DNA of 64,000 nt from the human T2T-CHM13v2.0 reference genome, Homo sapiens, in the NCBI RefSeq assembly GCF_009914755.1, contig NC_060934.1; one strand, 5' to 3'. Under the pieces are notes generated by a model. That model was not told where the DNA came from and searched no databases. It saw only the letters and a list, made by a program, of their open reading frames with translations. Made by a program: the position numbers and the translations under genes. Numbering within the stretch: the first letter of the stretch is position 1; every line of letters begins with the position of its first letter. This document shows, in pieces, positions 13,764 through 29,175 of this stretch.

Positions 13764-14626
13764 ATTGTATCTTTTATTTCTGATTCAACTCTGGACATCA
13801 ACCTGACTACTTTTACTTCTTGGTTAATACATTTTTTTCATATATTCACATAAATTTCTTAATCTACACACTAGATATTTGACTTCTCCTTAAGTAAATA
13901 CATATGTATACAATTTAAATTGTAATTATAACTACATTACAGAAAATTGGAAAATAAATTTCACCTAATATCAAAGACTAAACTCAACTACCATTGACAT
14001 CAACCTGTCTGATGTATTGTCTCTCCTTGGGCCAGCACTGAGGAGCACTGAGAAGGAAATAAAAGAAGCAGCCGCATCTGCCTTTCATAAAGCACGTGCT
14101 GTGTGCCAGGCACTAGATGAAGCTGTCGCCATGCGTGGTCTCATCCAATTGTCACATCCACCCGGAGAAGCCTTTACTTTGGGCCAAGGGCATCATTCTC
14201 TTTTTTTTCACTAGGCAAAAGTATGATCTTAATGTGAGTGTAAATTTGGACACTGAAATTGGTGGCAATCTTTGCTTGCAAGGTAGATGACGCAGAACAC
14301 AGTGATTGAGAGAGAATTCATAGACTCACTCCTATTTCCCACACTGACATGGAAAGCTCTGCTGTTGTTGTTTGAGGAGCGTCTAGGGTTCTATGATGCA
14401 GGTTTGGATTCACTCATCCATTCTAAAGATTCGCGGTTAAGCCTACCACGAGCCAGGCTCTGTTCCTGGCACTTGGGCTATGGTAGTGAACAAAACAGAG
14501 ATCCCTGTCATGAGCTTAAGTTCCAGTGGGAAGGGAGGCAGCAGATAAGCAACGTGCAGGATAAATGGTATGTGGAGATGTATGGCAGGCTGGAATGTGA
14601 CAGATGCTATGGAAAAAATAAAGTGG

Positions 14627-14921
14627 GGCTGGGCGCTGTGGTTCGTGCCTGTAATCCCAGCACTTCGGGAGGCCAAGTTGGGCAGGTCGCTTGAGCCCAG
14701 TAATTTGAGACCAGCCTGGGCAACATAATGAGACCCTATCTCTACAAAAAATACAAAAATTAGCCAGATGTTGTGGTGCATGCCTGTAGTCCTAGCTACT
14801 TGGGAGACTGAGGTGGGAGGATTGCCTGAGACGAGGAGCTCAAGGCTGCTGTGATTGCACCACTGAACTCCAGCCTGGGTGACAGAGTGAGAGCCTATTT
14901 AAAAAAAAAAAAAAAAAAAAA
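14627..14921 (+). mobile_element. AluJ-like element
   Basis: Dimeric Alu with an aaagtgg TSD-like flank. Confidence 0.92.
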
Positions 14922-15311
14922 GTGGGCCAAGGGAGGTAATTTGGGAGTGGTATCGGTCTTGACTTCGTGCACAGGTAACATTTGAGCAGAGACCAGAGGG
15001 AAGTGAGGGCATGACCACGTGGAGGGCTGAGGCCAGAGTGCAGTGGGCAGAGAGAATCCAAAGTGGGAACCCAGGCTCGAAGGTGGGAACACGCCTAGCG
15101 AGGCAAGGAGGCCGGGGAGGCTGTAGGAAAAAAGCCAAGGAGAGAGAAGTCAGGGTGGGCTGGTCAGGCTCTTGGAGCCATTATTAGGGCCTTGACTTTT
15201 ACCCTTAGAGAAATGAGGAGCCCCTGGAGAACCTGGGCAGAGGTGTGACATGATGGGCCTTGTATTTCAATAGCATCCTTCTGGCTGTATGGGGAGAGAG
15301 GACAGCAGGGG

Positions 15312-15741
15312 TGTCACAGGTTGGATTTCCCCAGAAACAGACTCTGAGAGAGAGGAAAACATGCAGGAAGTTTATTGGGGTGCACCCTTGGGATCAACAT
15401 CTGTGGGGGAGTGAGGGAGGCAGGATTGGGCAGAGGCCTAAGTGTGGCAGTTGCAGCAGAGGCCCAGTGGGATGGCCTTTCAGAGATGTCTCGAATGGAG
15501 GCGAGGGGCCTTGGACTTGATACCCCTGCATCGACCAGTCATAGCATGTGGGCTGCTCCCAGAAAGGGGGTGTGAGCTCAGCCAGGCAGCTCTTATCCTA
15601 AACCCAGCCCCTTCCCTAAGAGGGAAGTTCCTGAAGGGACTTGACTGAGTGCCATTGGCAGGTGACACTTCTGGAAGCTGGGGAAATGAATGCCTCTGTT
15701 TGAAGAGTTGACCAGGGTGGTACGTCCCAGCCTCAACTACA
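15312..15741 (-). mobile_element. ERVL solo LTR (LTR33/LTR16-like)
   Basis: tgtcacaggttggatttccccagaaacagactctgag and gggatcaacatctgtgg...gcaggattgggcagagg motifs, recalled from consensus. Confidence 0.6.
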
Positions 15742-16202
15742 GGGCAAGGGTGGGAGCCATGAGGCCACAGAGGAGGCTCTTACAGGAGCCCAAGTGAGAG
15801 ATGATGTGGGCTGTACCTCCATGGTAGAAGGGAAGGGGTGAAGCGTGGCTGGATTCTGGACCTAGTTTGAAGGTAGAGGCTGGAGGATTTTCTGATCAAT
15901 TGGGTTTGGGATGGGAGAGAGGAGTCAAGGACCACCCCCTAGTTGAGCAGAGAAAGACCAGACTGGAGACAGAGGGAAGAAGGAAAGCTGTCATTAGAAG
16001 AGGCCAAGTCAATATAGACCATAGAGGGAAGGGCCTCTAAGGGCTGGTGGTAGAGGAAGAGCCTTAGGAGGAGGGGTCTTCTGAGGAGCTTTGGAGAAAT
16101 CGGGGTGGTGTGAAATGGGGATTTGAGAAATATTGCTGGAGGTTATGGATTAGATCCCTCTTAATATTTTTGGAGGGGCTTAAGTTAAAAAATTAAAATT
16201 AC

Positions 16203-16495
16203 AGGTGCAGTGGCCCACACTTGTAATCACAGCACTTTGGGAGGCCAAGGAGGGAGGATTGCTTGAGCCCAGGAGTTCAAGACCAGTCTGGGCAACATGG
16301 CAAGACCCTGTCTCTACAAAAAAACTTAAAAAATTAGCCAAACATGGTGGCACGCACCTGTAGTCCCAGCTACTTGGGAGGCTGAGGTTGTGGGGATGGC
16401 TTGAGCCCTGGAGGTCCAAGCTGCAGTGAGCCATGATGGCACCACTGCACTCCAGTGCAGGTGACAGAGTGAGACCCTGTCTCTAAATTAATAAA
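16203..16495 (+). mobile_element. AluJ-like element
   Basis: Dimeric Alu. Confidence 0.92.
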
Positions 16496-17129
16496 AGGAA
16501 TTTCTTTGAAAAGATTGTTGTCTGTTTGGCCTGTGTTCTTCCACCCCATGTGACTAGCCTAAGCATGGCACTTGTCCCTTTACCAGTGATGGCCCAGGGA
16601 TGGCCACATACTCAGTCCTGGCTGGTGCTGTTGGGGAGACAGCTGGCTAGTGGGGGTGGGGTGCTTCTGGGAAGGCTGCCTCCCTCCCAGGAAGGTCCAT
16701 ATAGAATGTTTTCTGACCCTGATCACAGTCCTCAGGACAGTCATGATTGCTGCTCCTCCCAGTCCCGAGTGCTATTCATGCTTCATCTCCATCACCTCTC
16801 ATAACAGCCACAGGAGCAGACATTGTCATCTTATTCTACAGGACAAAATTGGGAGTAAGGGAAGTCAGGAGACTTGATTACCATCACACATCTAGTAAGA
16901 AAAATTACACATGAAGCCCTTAGGACTGGCACCGAGGAGATGCTGAGTAAATGGCATTGATCATTGTAATACAGGGACTTCCTCATTTCCAGGGAGGAGG
17001 GGAAGATCATTTGTCCAGATGTATGTGCTTCTGAATTCACTATTGATTTTTATAGCTTTTCTGTTTCCCCCTTCACCATGTATTGGCATTTGTAAATATG
17101 GTCACATGTTTACCTGAGCTACAGTGTAA

Positions 17130-17350
17130 CAGAAAGAACTCCAAGGTCTATAAACCTGGCTTTGAATCCAGGCTGCATTACCTACTAGCTGTGTGACGTT
17201 GGAAGAGTTACTTACCAGCCCTTGAGCATGTGTCCTCATTTATGAAACGTGGATAATAATAACCTCCGAAGGCGGTTTGAGGGTAATAAGGTGCTTATTA
17301 GCTCATTATCTGGAACACAGTCAGTGCTCAAGAATGCTAGGTATTATTAT
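17130..17350 (+). mobile_element. MIR
   Basis: acctggctttgaatccaggct...actagctgtgtgacgttggaagagttactt core. Confidence 0.7.
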
Positions 17351-17491
17351 CCAAGTTATTGTGTAGATGGCTTATTTGGACAGATCACATGAAAGGGCCA
17401 AATGAAGGTATGCAAGAGTGCTTTACAAATGCATGTTATTATATTGTTAGAGAAACTCCACTGCATGGAGGAATTTGCTATATGAAAAATG

Positions 17492-17842
<351 letters not shown>

Positions 17843-18358
17843 CTAGAAATCTTGGTGTGGGGAACAGCATAGCATGAAGGAAGGAGGGAGGGAGAGAATG
17901 AGTGAGAGAGAGAGCACAAGTGCCAATTGACTGGGAGTTCCGGGCCACGCATGCATTGCCATGGGGCCTTGTAAAGTGCCCAGGATTTGGAAGGATACTA
18001 GGGCTAAAGTGAGAGGGAGTCTCCCAAGGGAATGTGAGCCTCTGGAGGCAAGTGATGGTTTTTTTTTTCTGAAGCACCCTCAGGAAACTGCCTGGAGCCC
18101 TCAAGAACGTGGAGGCCTGAAGTGCTGCCCCTGGTCTGAGTTCCTGGAGCCTGGTCTGTCACTGGGGAAGTCCAGAGCTCCAAGGCTCAGTGCCCAGGGG
18201 ACGCAGAAGTCACGAGCAGGGTGAAGGTGGACAGTGTCACTGAAGGATCCTAGGCAGGGGGAAAACTGAATCCAAGTCAAAGGGCCAGTACTTGGGGGCT
18301 CGACACAGAAAAAGGCTCAGGGGAAACCAGGCGGGAAACTGAGCCCAGAGCAGTAGCT

Positions 18359-18389
18359 CTGCATTGAGCTGTGGTCCAAGGGGCGCCAT
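18359..18389 (+). promoter_or_regulatory. Candidate CTCF site in a CpG-enriched patch
   Basis: TGTGGTCCAAGGGGCGCCA resembles the CTCF core, with TGCA about 10 nt upstream. CpGs are locally elevated at 18300-18600. Motif evidence only. Confidence 0.4.
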
Positions 18390-18594
18390 TCACTTAAAGC
18401 ACAATCCCATCACCCTTGCCCCAGGTACACACGGTTACCCTGGCTCGAAAAGTTCCTAAATCAGGGAGTCGTCTATAGCGATTCTGTTCACACGAGACTG
18501 AACGCTGCATGCGGGTGGGTCACTAAGCCCCCACGGGAATGTGGATTTTGTGTTTTTATTTTGATGATGATCCTTAGAAAACAAACACACACAC

Positions 18595-19017
<423 letters not shown>

Positions 19018-19091
19018 TCAGGATGACACGTGGCACCAGCCAGCAGTCTTCTTGGGTGGATTCTAGGATGGCAGAACATAAAGGAATGGCC

Positions 19092-19394
<303 letters not shown>

Positions 19395-20689
19395 AGGAAT
19401 AGCCTTTGAATTTAGACCAATTCGCTTTCAGATATTGACTCTGGACAATTTTCTTAACCTCACATTTATATTAAGATTTTGTTCTTACAAAAATAATTGT
19501 AAAAATTCAAACTATGCAGAGATACACCAGGTAAAAGGTGAATTTCTTCTCTCTCTCTTGTCCTAATCCCTCTCCTATTTACATTTCTCTACTAGATTTT
19601 TTGTAGCCCTTTTCCCAATATTTTGTGGTTTTGGTTGTTGTTTGAGTGGGACTTTTAAAAAACAATTTCAAGTTGGTTATTGTTCGTACCTAGGAAAGTA
19701 TTGGTGACTTCCCATTGGTAGCGTGTCCATCTGCCCCACTCCTTTCTCTCATTAGTGCTAATAGTTTTCAGCTGTTTTTCTTGGTGTTGTTGAGCATTAG
19801 TTTTCTCATCTGTAAAATGCAGATAATGTTGACCTTGCAGAGCTTTAATAAGGATTCGATGAGAAAAAGTAAGGAGCTTAGCTTAGTGCCTGGCTCAGTA
19901 GGGGCCTGATTAATATGAACTTGTACTTTCACTAATATCATCCTCATGATGAGATCTTTTCTGTACAACTCTCTTCTCTGATTGTGGAGAAATGGATTAT
20001 GGAGAAAAATGATTCAATCAGAGAAGGCTCTGCATATGGCTGCTTATACAGAAAGACTGATGTCAACCAAGGGGCTGCCAATGTTTATTTTTTTACTCTA
20101 TTAAGGAGGGGAGGGGTGAGGAGGGGAGAAAGAAAGAGAAATGGTTGTACAAATATCTCATGGAGTCTCTGCTTTCAATTCTTTTGGGTATAAACACCAG
20201 TGGGTTTTTGAGAGTTATAGATCACTGTGAAAAAAAATCTCTGTGTACCTTTCATGGTGTCAGTAGCTCTGGAAAGAGTGGCCTGACCAGTGCACCCTGT
20301 GCTTCTTAGTCTACCGTGACAGGAGGGAGGTGTCTGCATCTGATGGTTACTGTGTGTTGAGCTTGCACAGTCCCCATCAGCCTGCTATCTGAGCGCTCAA
20401 GGCTGCAGAAGACCCTGAATGAGTGTGAGATTTGTAGTTGTTATTGTTAACTTTCAAGACTTCCACAAATGTACATTTTTCTATTTTATTGTATAGTTCC
20501 AATGGCTAAAATGACCCTGAACAAGGTGCAAAATGCAATAAAGCATCAACAGTGGGCTTCCAGGTAAATAAAAATGCAGCAGGAAGAAACAGCAGCAGGG
20601 AAAAAAAAATTACTGGGAAACCCATAATGAAATGCCTCCGCTATCTTTTACATTTCCCCCTGTTGTTTAAACTCTCTATATTATTCAAT

Positions 20690-21090
20690 GCAGCATTGTT
20701 TGTAATGGCAGAAGATTGTAAATAACCTCAATGTCTATCAATGGGAGATGGTTGGATAAATTATAGTCCTCCACACCAGGGGATACTGTATAGCTGTAAA
20801 GAAGAATGCTCAATCTATTTGTTGAGAAAGGTCTACCAGACATTTAAAGTGAAATAAAGGCAAAATGCTGAATAGATTGTACAGTGTGCTGTCCTTTGTG
20901 GAAAAGGGAACAAATAAGAATGTGTGTGTATATGCATATAGAATACATTTTTATCCTTGCTTGTGTATATTTGGTGAAACTCTGGAAAGATGCATAAGAA
21001 CCAATATCAGCAGTTTTATATGCAGGTAGGAGGGAGACTTTTACAGTATCACTTTTGTTTATTTTTTATTTCTGAGCCATGTTAATATAT
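20690..21090 (+). mobile_element. L1ME-like 3' end fragment
   Basis: gcagcattgtttgtaatggcagaagattgtaaataacctcaatgtctatcaat motif. Confidence 0.7.
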
Positions 21091-22239
21091 TAACTATGGG
21101 AAATAAAGAGCTTGGGTTTTCCCACCAGCCTGACCACAGGAGAGGCTCAAAATTGAAATTAGCTTGTATAGGCAATGAATAATTTTACAGGTTCTTGCAA
21201 GAAAAACAAATCTCTGTTACAGGCTGTTCAGAATTTATCTTCTAGTCAAGGAAGCCAACTTCTTCTTCTTCCCGTCTCAATCCTGTAGATTCTCAAGAAG
21301 CGACAGGGAGGGTGATGCACTCAAAGCCTCACTTGGCAGCCAATCCTAAGTGCTTTGGAGAAAGGAGAACGTTTGGTCCGGGGCAGGGGGTCTGGAGTTG
21401 GGCAGGGGAGGAAATCAAGGCCAGAATGGACTGGACTGGGTTTTACTCGGGGTCTTGCCTGTCTCTGACACTGCCCTGGGTGAACTAGGTGGGAGCTGGG
21501 AGGCCCTCCCCAGTGCAATTGCAAACCTTGGCTTGTATGGCTAGACCCAGAAGTTGGCTTGCTCAAAATCTTACAATCTCCAGTAACTCTTAAGTAAGCA
21601 GGCAAATGAACACACTGATTGATCGAGTACCCACTTCTACTAGACCAGAACCTCTACCACTGTTCACTCCACAGGGTCCCCAGGCAAGATTTGCTTGAGC
21701 CTGGAAGGCCTTCGTAGAGGTTCTCTGCCTTCTCACCCCCAGCTCACCTGGAGAAGAATAAACACTAGGCTCTTTCCTCTCTACCAAGGAGCCGTCAGTA
21801 CCCGAGGGATAGGTAATCTTAAGGGAATAATGGAGAGCTCCGAGGAACAATTAGAAGGCATCTGAGGAGCAGAAGCCCTGTGAAAGAAAGGTAACTGTCA
21901 AAACTCAGACAGTCTCGATGGGCTAAATGAGGGGATCCTGGGACCCAGCAACATATGATCTACCGAGTCACTCTTACAAGAAAAGAATATACGTAAATGG
22001 AAAATAAGTTAACAAAAAGAGATGCAGCAGGCAGGTGTGAACAAGAAAAAGCTCAGGGAGTAATGTTAGTATCACACAAAACAAATTTACAGCAAACGAA
22101 ACACAGCAGCAGCAAAACAACCCGACCAAAGATGAACAAGGTGCTACGTGCTGATAAAAGGAATGATGGACCACGAAGATACAACAATTACAGACACCTG
22201 CTTCTAATATCATACCCCTGAAATATATCAAGTAATTTA

Positions 22240-22410
<171 letters not shown>

Positions 22411-22734
22411 AAAGAATTAGATGATAGATAAATCAAAAATTATAGTTGGAGATTTTGACACATACTCAAAAGCTGATAAATTAAGGATAAAAAAATGACC
22501 AGGGATATGGAAGAGTTTAACAATGTGATCACTTATCTCAAATTAGCAGAGAGAAGTTTAACTTTACATTTCAGAAAAAAATATATTAGTTTGAGCAAAC
22601 ACAGAACAGGCACAAAACTATGTGTACTATATCTGTGTCACAAAGGAATTCTCAGTGAATCAGAAAGAAATGACTTCATGTGAACTATATCCTGTGGTGG
22701 AAATAGAATTAAATTACAAATCAGTATCAGAAGA

Positions 22735-23331
22735 TGTGGTAGCAAGAATAATGGCCCTGCAAAGATGTCCACACTTAAATCCCCAGAACCCATGACTATA
22801 TTACTTTACATGGCAAAAGTGATTTTGCAGATGTGATTAAGGTTAAGGGCCTTGAGATGGTGAGAGTAGCCTGGTTTATCCAGGTGGGCCCACTTGAATC
22901 CCATCAGTCCTTAAAAAGGGGAAAACCATTCCCAGCTGCAGCCAGAAGGAGACACGGTTATGGGAGAATGGTTGGAGAGGTGGAATGTGAGAAAGTCCTG
23001 ACCTGCTGTTGCTGGCTTTGGTGACGGAGGGAGGGGGCTGTGAGCCAAGGGCTGTGGGTGGCCACTGAAAACTGGGAGTGGTCAATGGCTGTAACAAAAC
23101 AGTCAGTAAGGAAACGGGGATCTCAGGCCAAGTGCAGCAAGGAACAGCCTGAATGAGCAAGGAAACGAATTCTCCCTCAGAGTCTCCAGAAAGGAACACA
23201 GCCCTGCCCACACCGTGACTTTAGCCTGGTAAGACCTGTGTCCAGAACTGTAAGATAATAAATTTGAGTTGTTTCAAATTTACCACTAAGCTTGTGGTTG
23301 TTTGTTCCAGCAGCAAGAGATAACTAATACA
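22735..23331 (+). mobile_element. MLT1 (D/E-like) solo LTR
   Basis: tgtggtagcaagaataatggccc...taactaataca, with 5-bp TSD GAAGA. Confidence 0.88.
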
Positions 23332-23416
23332 GAAGACTAATGACAAATCCTATATGACTAAAAATTTAAAAATATATCACTGAAAATTAATTCCTGGGTT
23401 AAAGAAGATATAGGGG

Positions 23417-24258
23417 TATATTAATCATCTATTGCTATGTAACAAATTATCCCAAGACATAGTGGCATAAAACAAAACATTATCTCATAGCTTCAGTGGA
23501 TCAGGAATTCAGGTGTGGTTTAGCCGTGTGCTCTGGCTCAGCGTCAAGATGGCAGCTAAGGCTGCAGTAATTTTTTTTTTTTCTTTGAAACAGGGTCTGG
23601 CTTTGTCACCCAGGCTGGAGTGCCGTGGTGAGATCTCAGCTCGTTGCAACCTCTGTCTCCTGGGCTCAAGCCATCCTCCTACCTCAGGTTCCCAAGTAGC
23701 TGGGACCATAGGTGCATGCCACCGTACCCAGCTAATTTTTGTATTATTTGTAGAGACGGGGTTTTGCCATGTTGCCCAGGCTGGTCTCGAACTTCTGAGC
23801 CCGAGTGATCCACCCACCTCAGCCTCCCAAAGTGCTGGGATTACAGGTGTGAGCCACTGCACCCAGCCTGCAGTCATCTTAAGGCTTAACTGGAGAAGGA
23901 CCTTTTTCCAAGCCCACTCACATGGTTGTTGGCAGGATTTAGAAACTTGCCGCCTGTTGGACTGAGGGCCTCAGCTCCTTACTGGCTGTGGGCCAGAGGC
24001 TGCCCACAGTTCCTTGCTCTGTGGATGTCCCAGCATGGCCCCTTGCTCCATCAGAGTGATTAAGAGAGAGTGTGTGCTGGCAAGAGGAGTGTCATAGTCT
24101 TTTATAACCTAATCTGGGAACTGACATCTCATCACCTTTGTTATATTCTAGAAGCAAGTCTCTAGGACCAGCCCTCTCTCCAGGAGAGGCGTTACACAAG
24201 GGCAGGAGTACCAGGAGGCAGGGATCACTGGAGCCAAGTCAGGAGCTGCCCTACCACA
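23417..24258 (-). mobile_element. MLT1 (F/G-like) solo LTR interrupted by an Alu
   Basis: attgctatgtaacaaattatcccaa...gctgccctaccaca, with TSD AGGGG/AGGAG. Confidence 0.82.
23571..23868 (-). mobile_element. AluJ-like element inside MLT1
   Basis: Dimeric Alu with TSD ctgcagt(a/c)at. Confidence 0.93.
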
Positions 24259-25562
24259 AGGAGAAATTACAAAATTCTCGGGATTAGAATGAGAATCAAA
24301 GTGGGACATGGTGATATTTGCGTGATGCAACTAAAACTATACCAAGAGGGGAATTTATGGTGGTGAATAAAACTAGAAACAGGAAAGGTGGAAAAGAAAT
24401 GAACTCAGCTTTCAATTCAAGAAACTAGGATAGAGTAAATTTGAAAGAAGAAAAGAAGTAATGGTAAAAGCAGAAATCAATGAAATAGTAAAGTAAAGCA
24501 AAGAGTGAATAGATGATTTTTCAAGATCTAAAGCTAGGTTTTGGCTAGTGAGTTGTAAGGAGGAGCTGTGTGTGAAATTTCTGAGGTGTTTCCTCTGTGG
24601 GTCCTGCATGGATGTGATGCCGGGAGCACGTGGGAGCATGAGGATGAGGATGCACCCCAAGGCTGCTGTCGAACTTTCATACCAGGCCTAGACTCCCTAC
24701 ATCTTAACTATTACATGAGAGAGAAATGAATTTCTATCTTCTTAAGCTACTGTTATTTGGGGGCTCTGTTATATATAGCTGAACCTAAATCACAACTAAC
24801 ACAAAATTGAAGAGACAAAATTGTCATTATTTTTAGATAGAATAAGACTTTTCAAAGTAAACCTAAGAGATAAACTAAACCATTAGAACTAAAAAGAGAA
24901 TTAAAAGTTCAGCAGGTTTGGAGGTACAAAATAAATTTTAATAATAGTACCTTCTACTCTAGAAATAACTCGTCATAAAATATAAAGAAAAGGTACAAAT
25001 TAAAATAGAAAAAACTCGAAACTCCATAGACCTATAAATTTTCTAGGAATTAACATAATAAAAAAGTCTCAAGACTTTTATAAAGAAAAATTAGAAACTC
25101 TATTAAAGGATATAAAATAAAATGTAAACAAAGAGCTATGGATTGATGACAACATTATAACACTGGTTGATTCTCACATAATTAGTCTATAAATTCAGTG
25201 CAATTCCAATTACAAGTCTGAGTGTTTTAGAGGACTTAATAAATGGATTTTGCAAATTAGATGGAGGAATCAAACTTCATGAATAACTAAGACATTTTTG
25301 GGAAAAGGGGCCAAAGAAATGAGACTTACACTATCAGAAACTGACATATATTATAAAAACAGGCCCAATGAAACAGAAAAGCATCCAGAAATAGACCTTC
25401 TATATTTGGGAATGTGGTACTTTATAGAGATAGGGAAAGGGAGAATATTTGGTAAATAATCTTGGGAAAATGGGCTCCATCATCTGGAGCAAAATAAAGT
25501 TGGATCCTCATCTCATGCCATACCCAGAAGTAAACTCCTGGTGGATTACACACCTAAATTTA

Positions 25563-25870
<308 letters not shown>

Positions 25871-26821
25871 CTAAATTTAAAGATAAAAGTGCAATGTTAA
25901 TAGAAAAAAGAGTAGATTATTCTTTGTGATCTTGGGCAGGGGAGATCTTTTTAAACAGGATCCTCAAAGTATATATAATAAAGGAAAAAATAGATTTGAA
26001 TATATTAAAAAATACTTTTGAGGGGGGTGATGTTGAAAGGTGAGCACCAGTACCAAAGTAAATGAATAGGTGATGGCTGGTAAGATATATTTGCAACATC
26101 TATGACTGAGAAAAAATTAGTTTCCAGAATGTAGAGAAAAATACCAAAAAGTCAGCATTGGAATAAACAGGAAACACATTTAAACAAAAGAAAAAGGGAA
26201 AAGGGGAATTATATGAATAATAGGAAAGTTATAGGAGGGGAAGCCTAAATGAATTTGTATATGAGAAGATGCTCAACCTCAATAAGAAAAACACAAATTT
26301 AAGTACCAATGAGAACCTACATCCCCTAAGTGGCAAAAGAAAGCTTATGACCATGTCACTCCCCTGAGTAAAATGCTTAGAGGTTCCCTAATCAGAAGAT
26401 GAAACACACATACCTCATATGGCCTGCATCATGCACTCCATACCTACCTCTCCACCTGCCTTCACTTCCTCACATTGGATTTGCATTTTAATATAACTAA
26501 TGACCATGGACATTGGAGAGAGAAGATACTAGAAGGAAATGACTAGTTAGAAGTCTATTTAAATAGAATGGGAAAGGATGCCTAAATTGGGTTACACAGG
26601 AGGAGTCAGAGTGAAGAAATGTTGAGAAAGAAGGGTAACAGAACTGTTGTTGAGAGACAGAGAGTGGTTGAGAATGGCTTCCAAGTTTTGGCTTGGGCAA
26701 CTTGTTGAAGGGTGGTGTCATTCATTGAGATTGAAAGGAGAACATATAATCTAAGAGGCGTTTTAAATAGGCTGAGTTTGAGATATCCTTAGGACATTTA
26801 GAAGGAGATATACGTTGCAGG

Positions 26822-27413
26822 TGTTACAGGACCACCAGGTTCATATGCCAGCTGTGCAGTAACTGACCAATGAACTGAAACAGCAGAGTTTGCAGCAGAG
26901 AAGGAGTTTAATGATTGCAGGGAGGCCAAGTGAGGAGATGAGAGGGACCCTCAAATCCATCTCTCCAAGGAGTTCTGGGCTGGGGTTTTTAAGGAGATTG
27001 TGGAGGGCAAGGGGCTAGGACATTGGGGTCATTGATTGGGCAGGATAAGGGAGATGAAATCATCAAGATGTGGAAACTGCATTCTTTGGTGAGTTGGCTC
27101 CTTTTGGGGTCCATCAGACCAGCTGGCATCAGTAGTTTCATCAGTATGCAGGACGTGAAAGAATATCTCAAATGGAAAACAACATTTCACAATGTTCAAG
27201 TTCAAGTTGTTATCTATAGAGCAGTTAAAAGGAACTATAATCTAGGGTCTATGTGATTTTGGGGCAATGGGTGGCAAACAACTGTGAAGAAGTAGTCAGG
27301 GAGCAAGCTGACCTCATGATTAATGCTGAATGTGCTGCAAGCTTGATTTATTTTCATTTCTCCCCCTCCCTTCCTCCCTGATTAATTTTATAAAGTTTAT
27401 AGGGATGAGTTCA
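26822..27413 (-). mobile_element. ERV1 solo LTR (LTR8-like) inserted in L2
   Basis: Minus strand starts tgaactcatccctataaactttataaaattaatcaggg. TG...CA ends, imperfect 4-bp TSD (cagg/ctgg), and L2-like flanks at 26600-27520. Confidence 0.78.
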
Positions 27414-28199
27414 CTGGTGGCTATGTGGCTTAGAACTTAGAAGAGGTGTCTGGCCAGAGGTTTGATTTGGGTGTTGTCAATCTGTAGTAGGTAGTTAATA
27501 CCATTGGATACAGTAGGACTATTGCCTGAATCAGAAAACACAATAGCTTTTCTTTGCTTCTAACCACTGTTATGATTACTTTTTTTTTTTGGCAGGAATA
27601 GAGCAATTCCACCCACCCCCAATTCAACCGGCTCCTCATTTTTTTTTTGGCACACAATAAAACTCACCTCTTATTTTAGAGTCTGACTTCCTATGATTGA
27701 AAGATTATTAGTTGAAGTTAGTGGTGGAGATTATGACAGTAGAAGTGATTAAAGTAAACTAGTATGTATCTGGAAATTCAAATTCATGACCTTGGCCTCT
27801 GCGTTACTGTGCTTTGATCAGCCATCTGGTTATTAGAAGATGACGTTTTAAATGAGTTGTAGATTAAACTAATAAGTGCTGTTACTATGACATCCAGGCT
27901 ATTGATGTTCAAGGATTTATATGATCTAGGGTTACTTTCTAATAGTACTAAGGAATATTCATATTCAAGTTGCAGAGGTTCCAGAAAAGTGACATGAGCT
28001 AATTGGAGGCCCTTGATGTATAAACTGTTGTGAAAAATTGGAGGCCCAGGTACAATTCATTCATTAGGCCCTTTTCCCTGGTAAGTCTTTCAGTGTGGAC
28101 TATGAGCTCAATTAACAACATGGGATTTGGAGATAGATTTAAGACCTAGCTCTTCCACTTAAAAATGTGTGTCCTCTTAAGCTGCTCTTAAAAATATAT

Positions 28200-28620
28200 A
28201 TTTCTTATTTTGAAATAATTTTAGATTTACAGAAAGATTGCAAAGATAGTAGAGAGGATTTCCATATGTCCCTTACCCAATTTACACCATTGTTAACATC
28301 TTACATTACTGTGTCACATTTGTTAAAACAGAGAAACTGACATTAGTTAGTTTCATTAACCAAACTATATAGTTCATTAACCAAACTATATAGTTCATTA
28401 ACCAAACTATATAGTTCATTAACCAAACTCCAGATTTTATTTGGATTTACCAGTTTTTCTATTAATATCTTCTTCCTGTTCCAATCCAGGGCGCTGCATT
28501 ATATTTAGTTTTCACATCTCCCCAGTCTCCTGGTCTGTGACAGTTTCTCAGTCTTTCCTTGTTTCTCACGACCTTGACAGAGATCTGAACCCTACTGAAA
28601 GTATTTTTATTTGGTAGATT
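28200..28620 (-). mobile_element. L1M (MB/MC-like) 3' end with a 21-bp minisatellite
   Basis: tttagatttacagaaagattgcaaagatagtagagag motif. The unit ttcattaaccaaactatatag occurs 3.7 times at 28352-28429. Confidence 0.75.
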
Positions 28621-28699
28621 GTATTTCTTTGACTGTGACCCTGCCAGGAAATTGAACCACAGAGACCCAGGCTTTATAAAAGTTATAACACTTTTCCAA

Positions 28700-28865
28700 T
28701 TTGACAATTAGTTTTACATTCATTTGCGCAATTATTTGGTTGTCTGCCTTCCCCATTAGCTTGGAAGATCCGTGAAAGTAGGGGCCATGTTTGTTTTGGA
28801 AACAGAATGTGATGTCTAGCACTTAGTACTTGCTCCATAAATATATGCTAATGAATAAATGGATA
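28700..28865 (+). mobile_element. L2 3' end
   Basis: ttgtctgccttccccattag...ataaatatatgctaatgaataaatggat. Confidence 0.65.
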
Positions 28866-28866
28866 G

Positions 28867-29175
<309 letters not shown>

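Larger units (their letters stand above)
14410..15960 (-). mobile_element. L2 fragment interrupted by an Alu and an LTR
   Basis: L2 3' end motifs (cattc, agtgaacaaaacagagatccctg) continuing to ggctggattctgga...tttgaaggtagag. Confidence 0.7.

Noticed and set aside
23509-23965. 122-150 aa ORFs and similar short ORFs across the window ([20 protein letters not shown])
   Set aside because: Typical Alu-derived translations.
27575-27665. Tiny terminal exon (T-tract-CAG at ~27596, AATAAA at 27656)
   Set aside because: The motifs are common in AT-rich DNA, and there is no supporting upstream exon.
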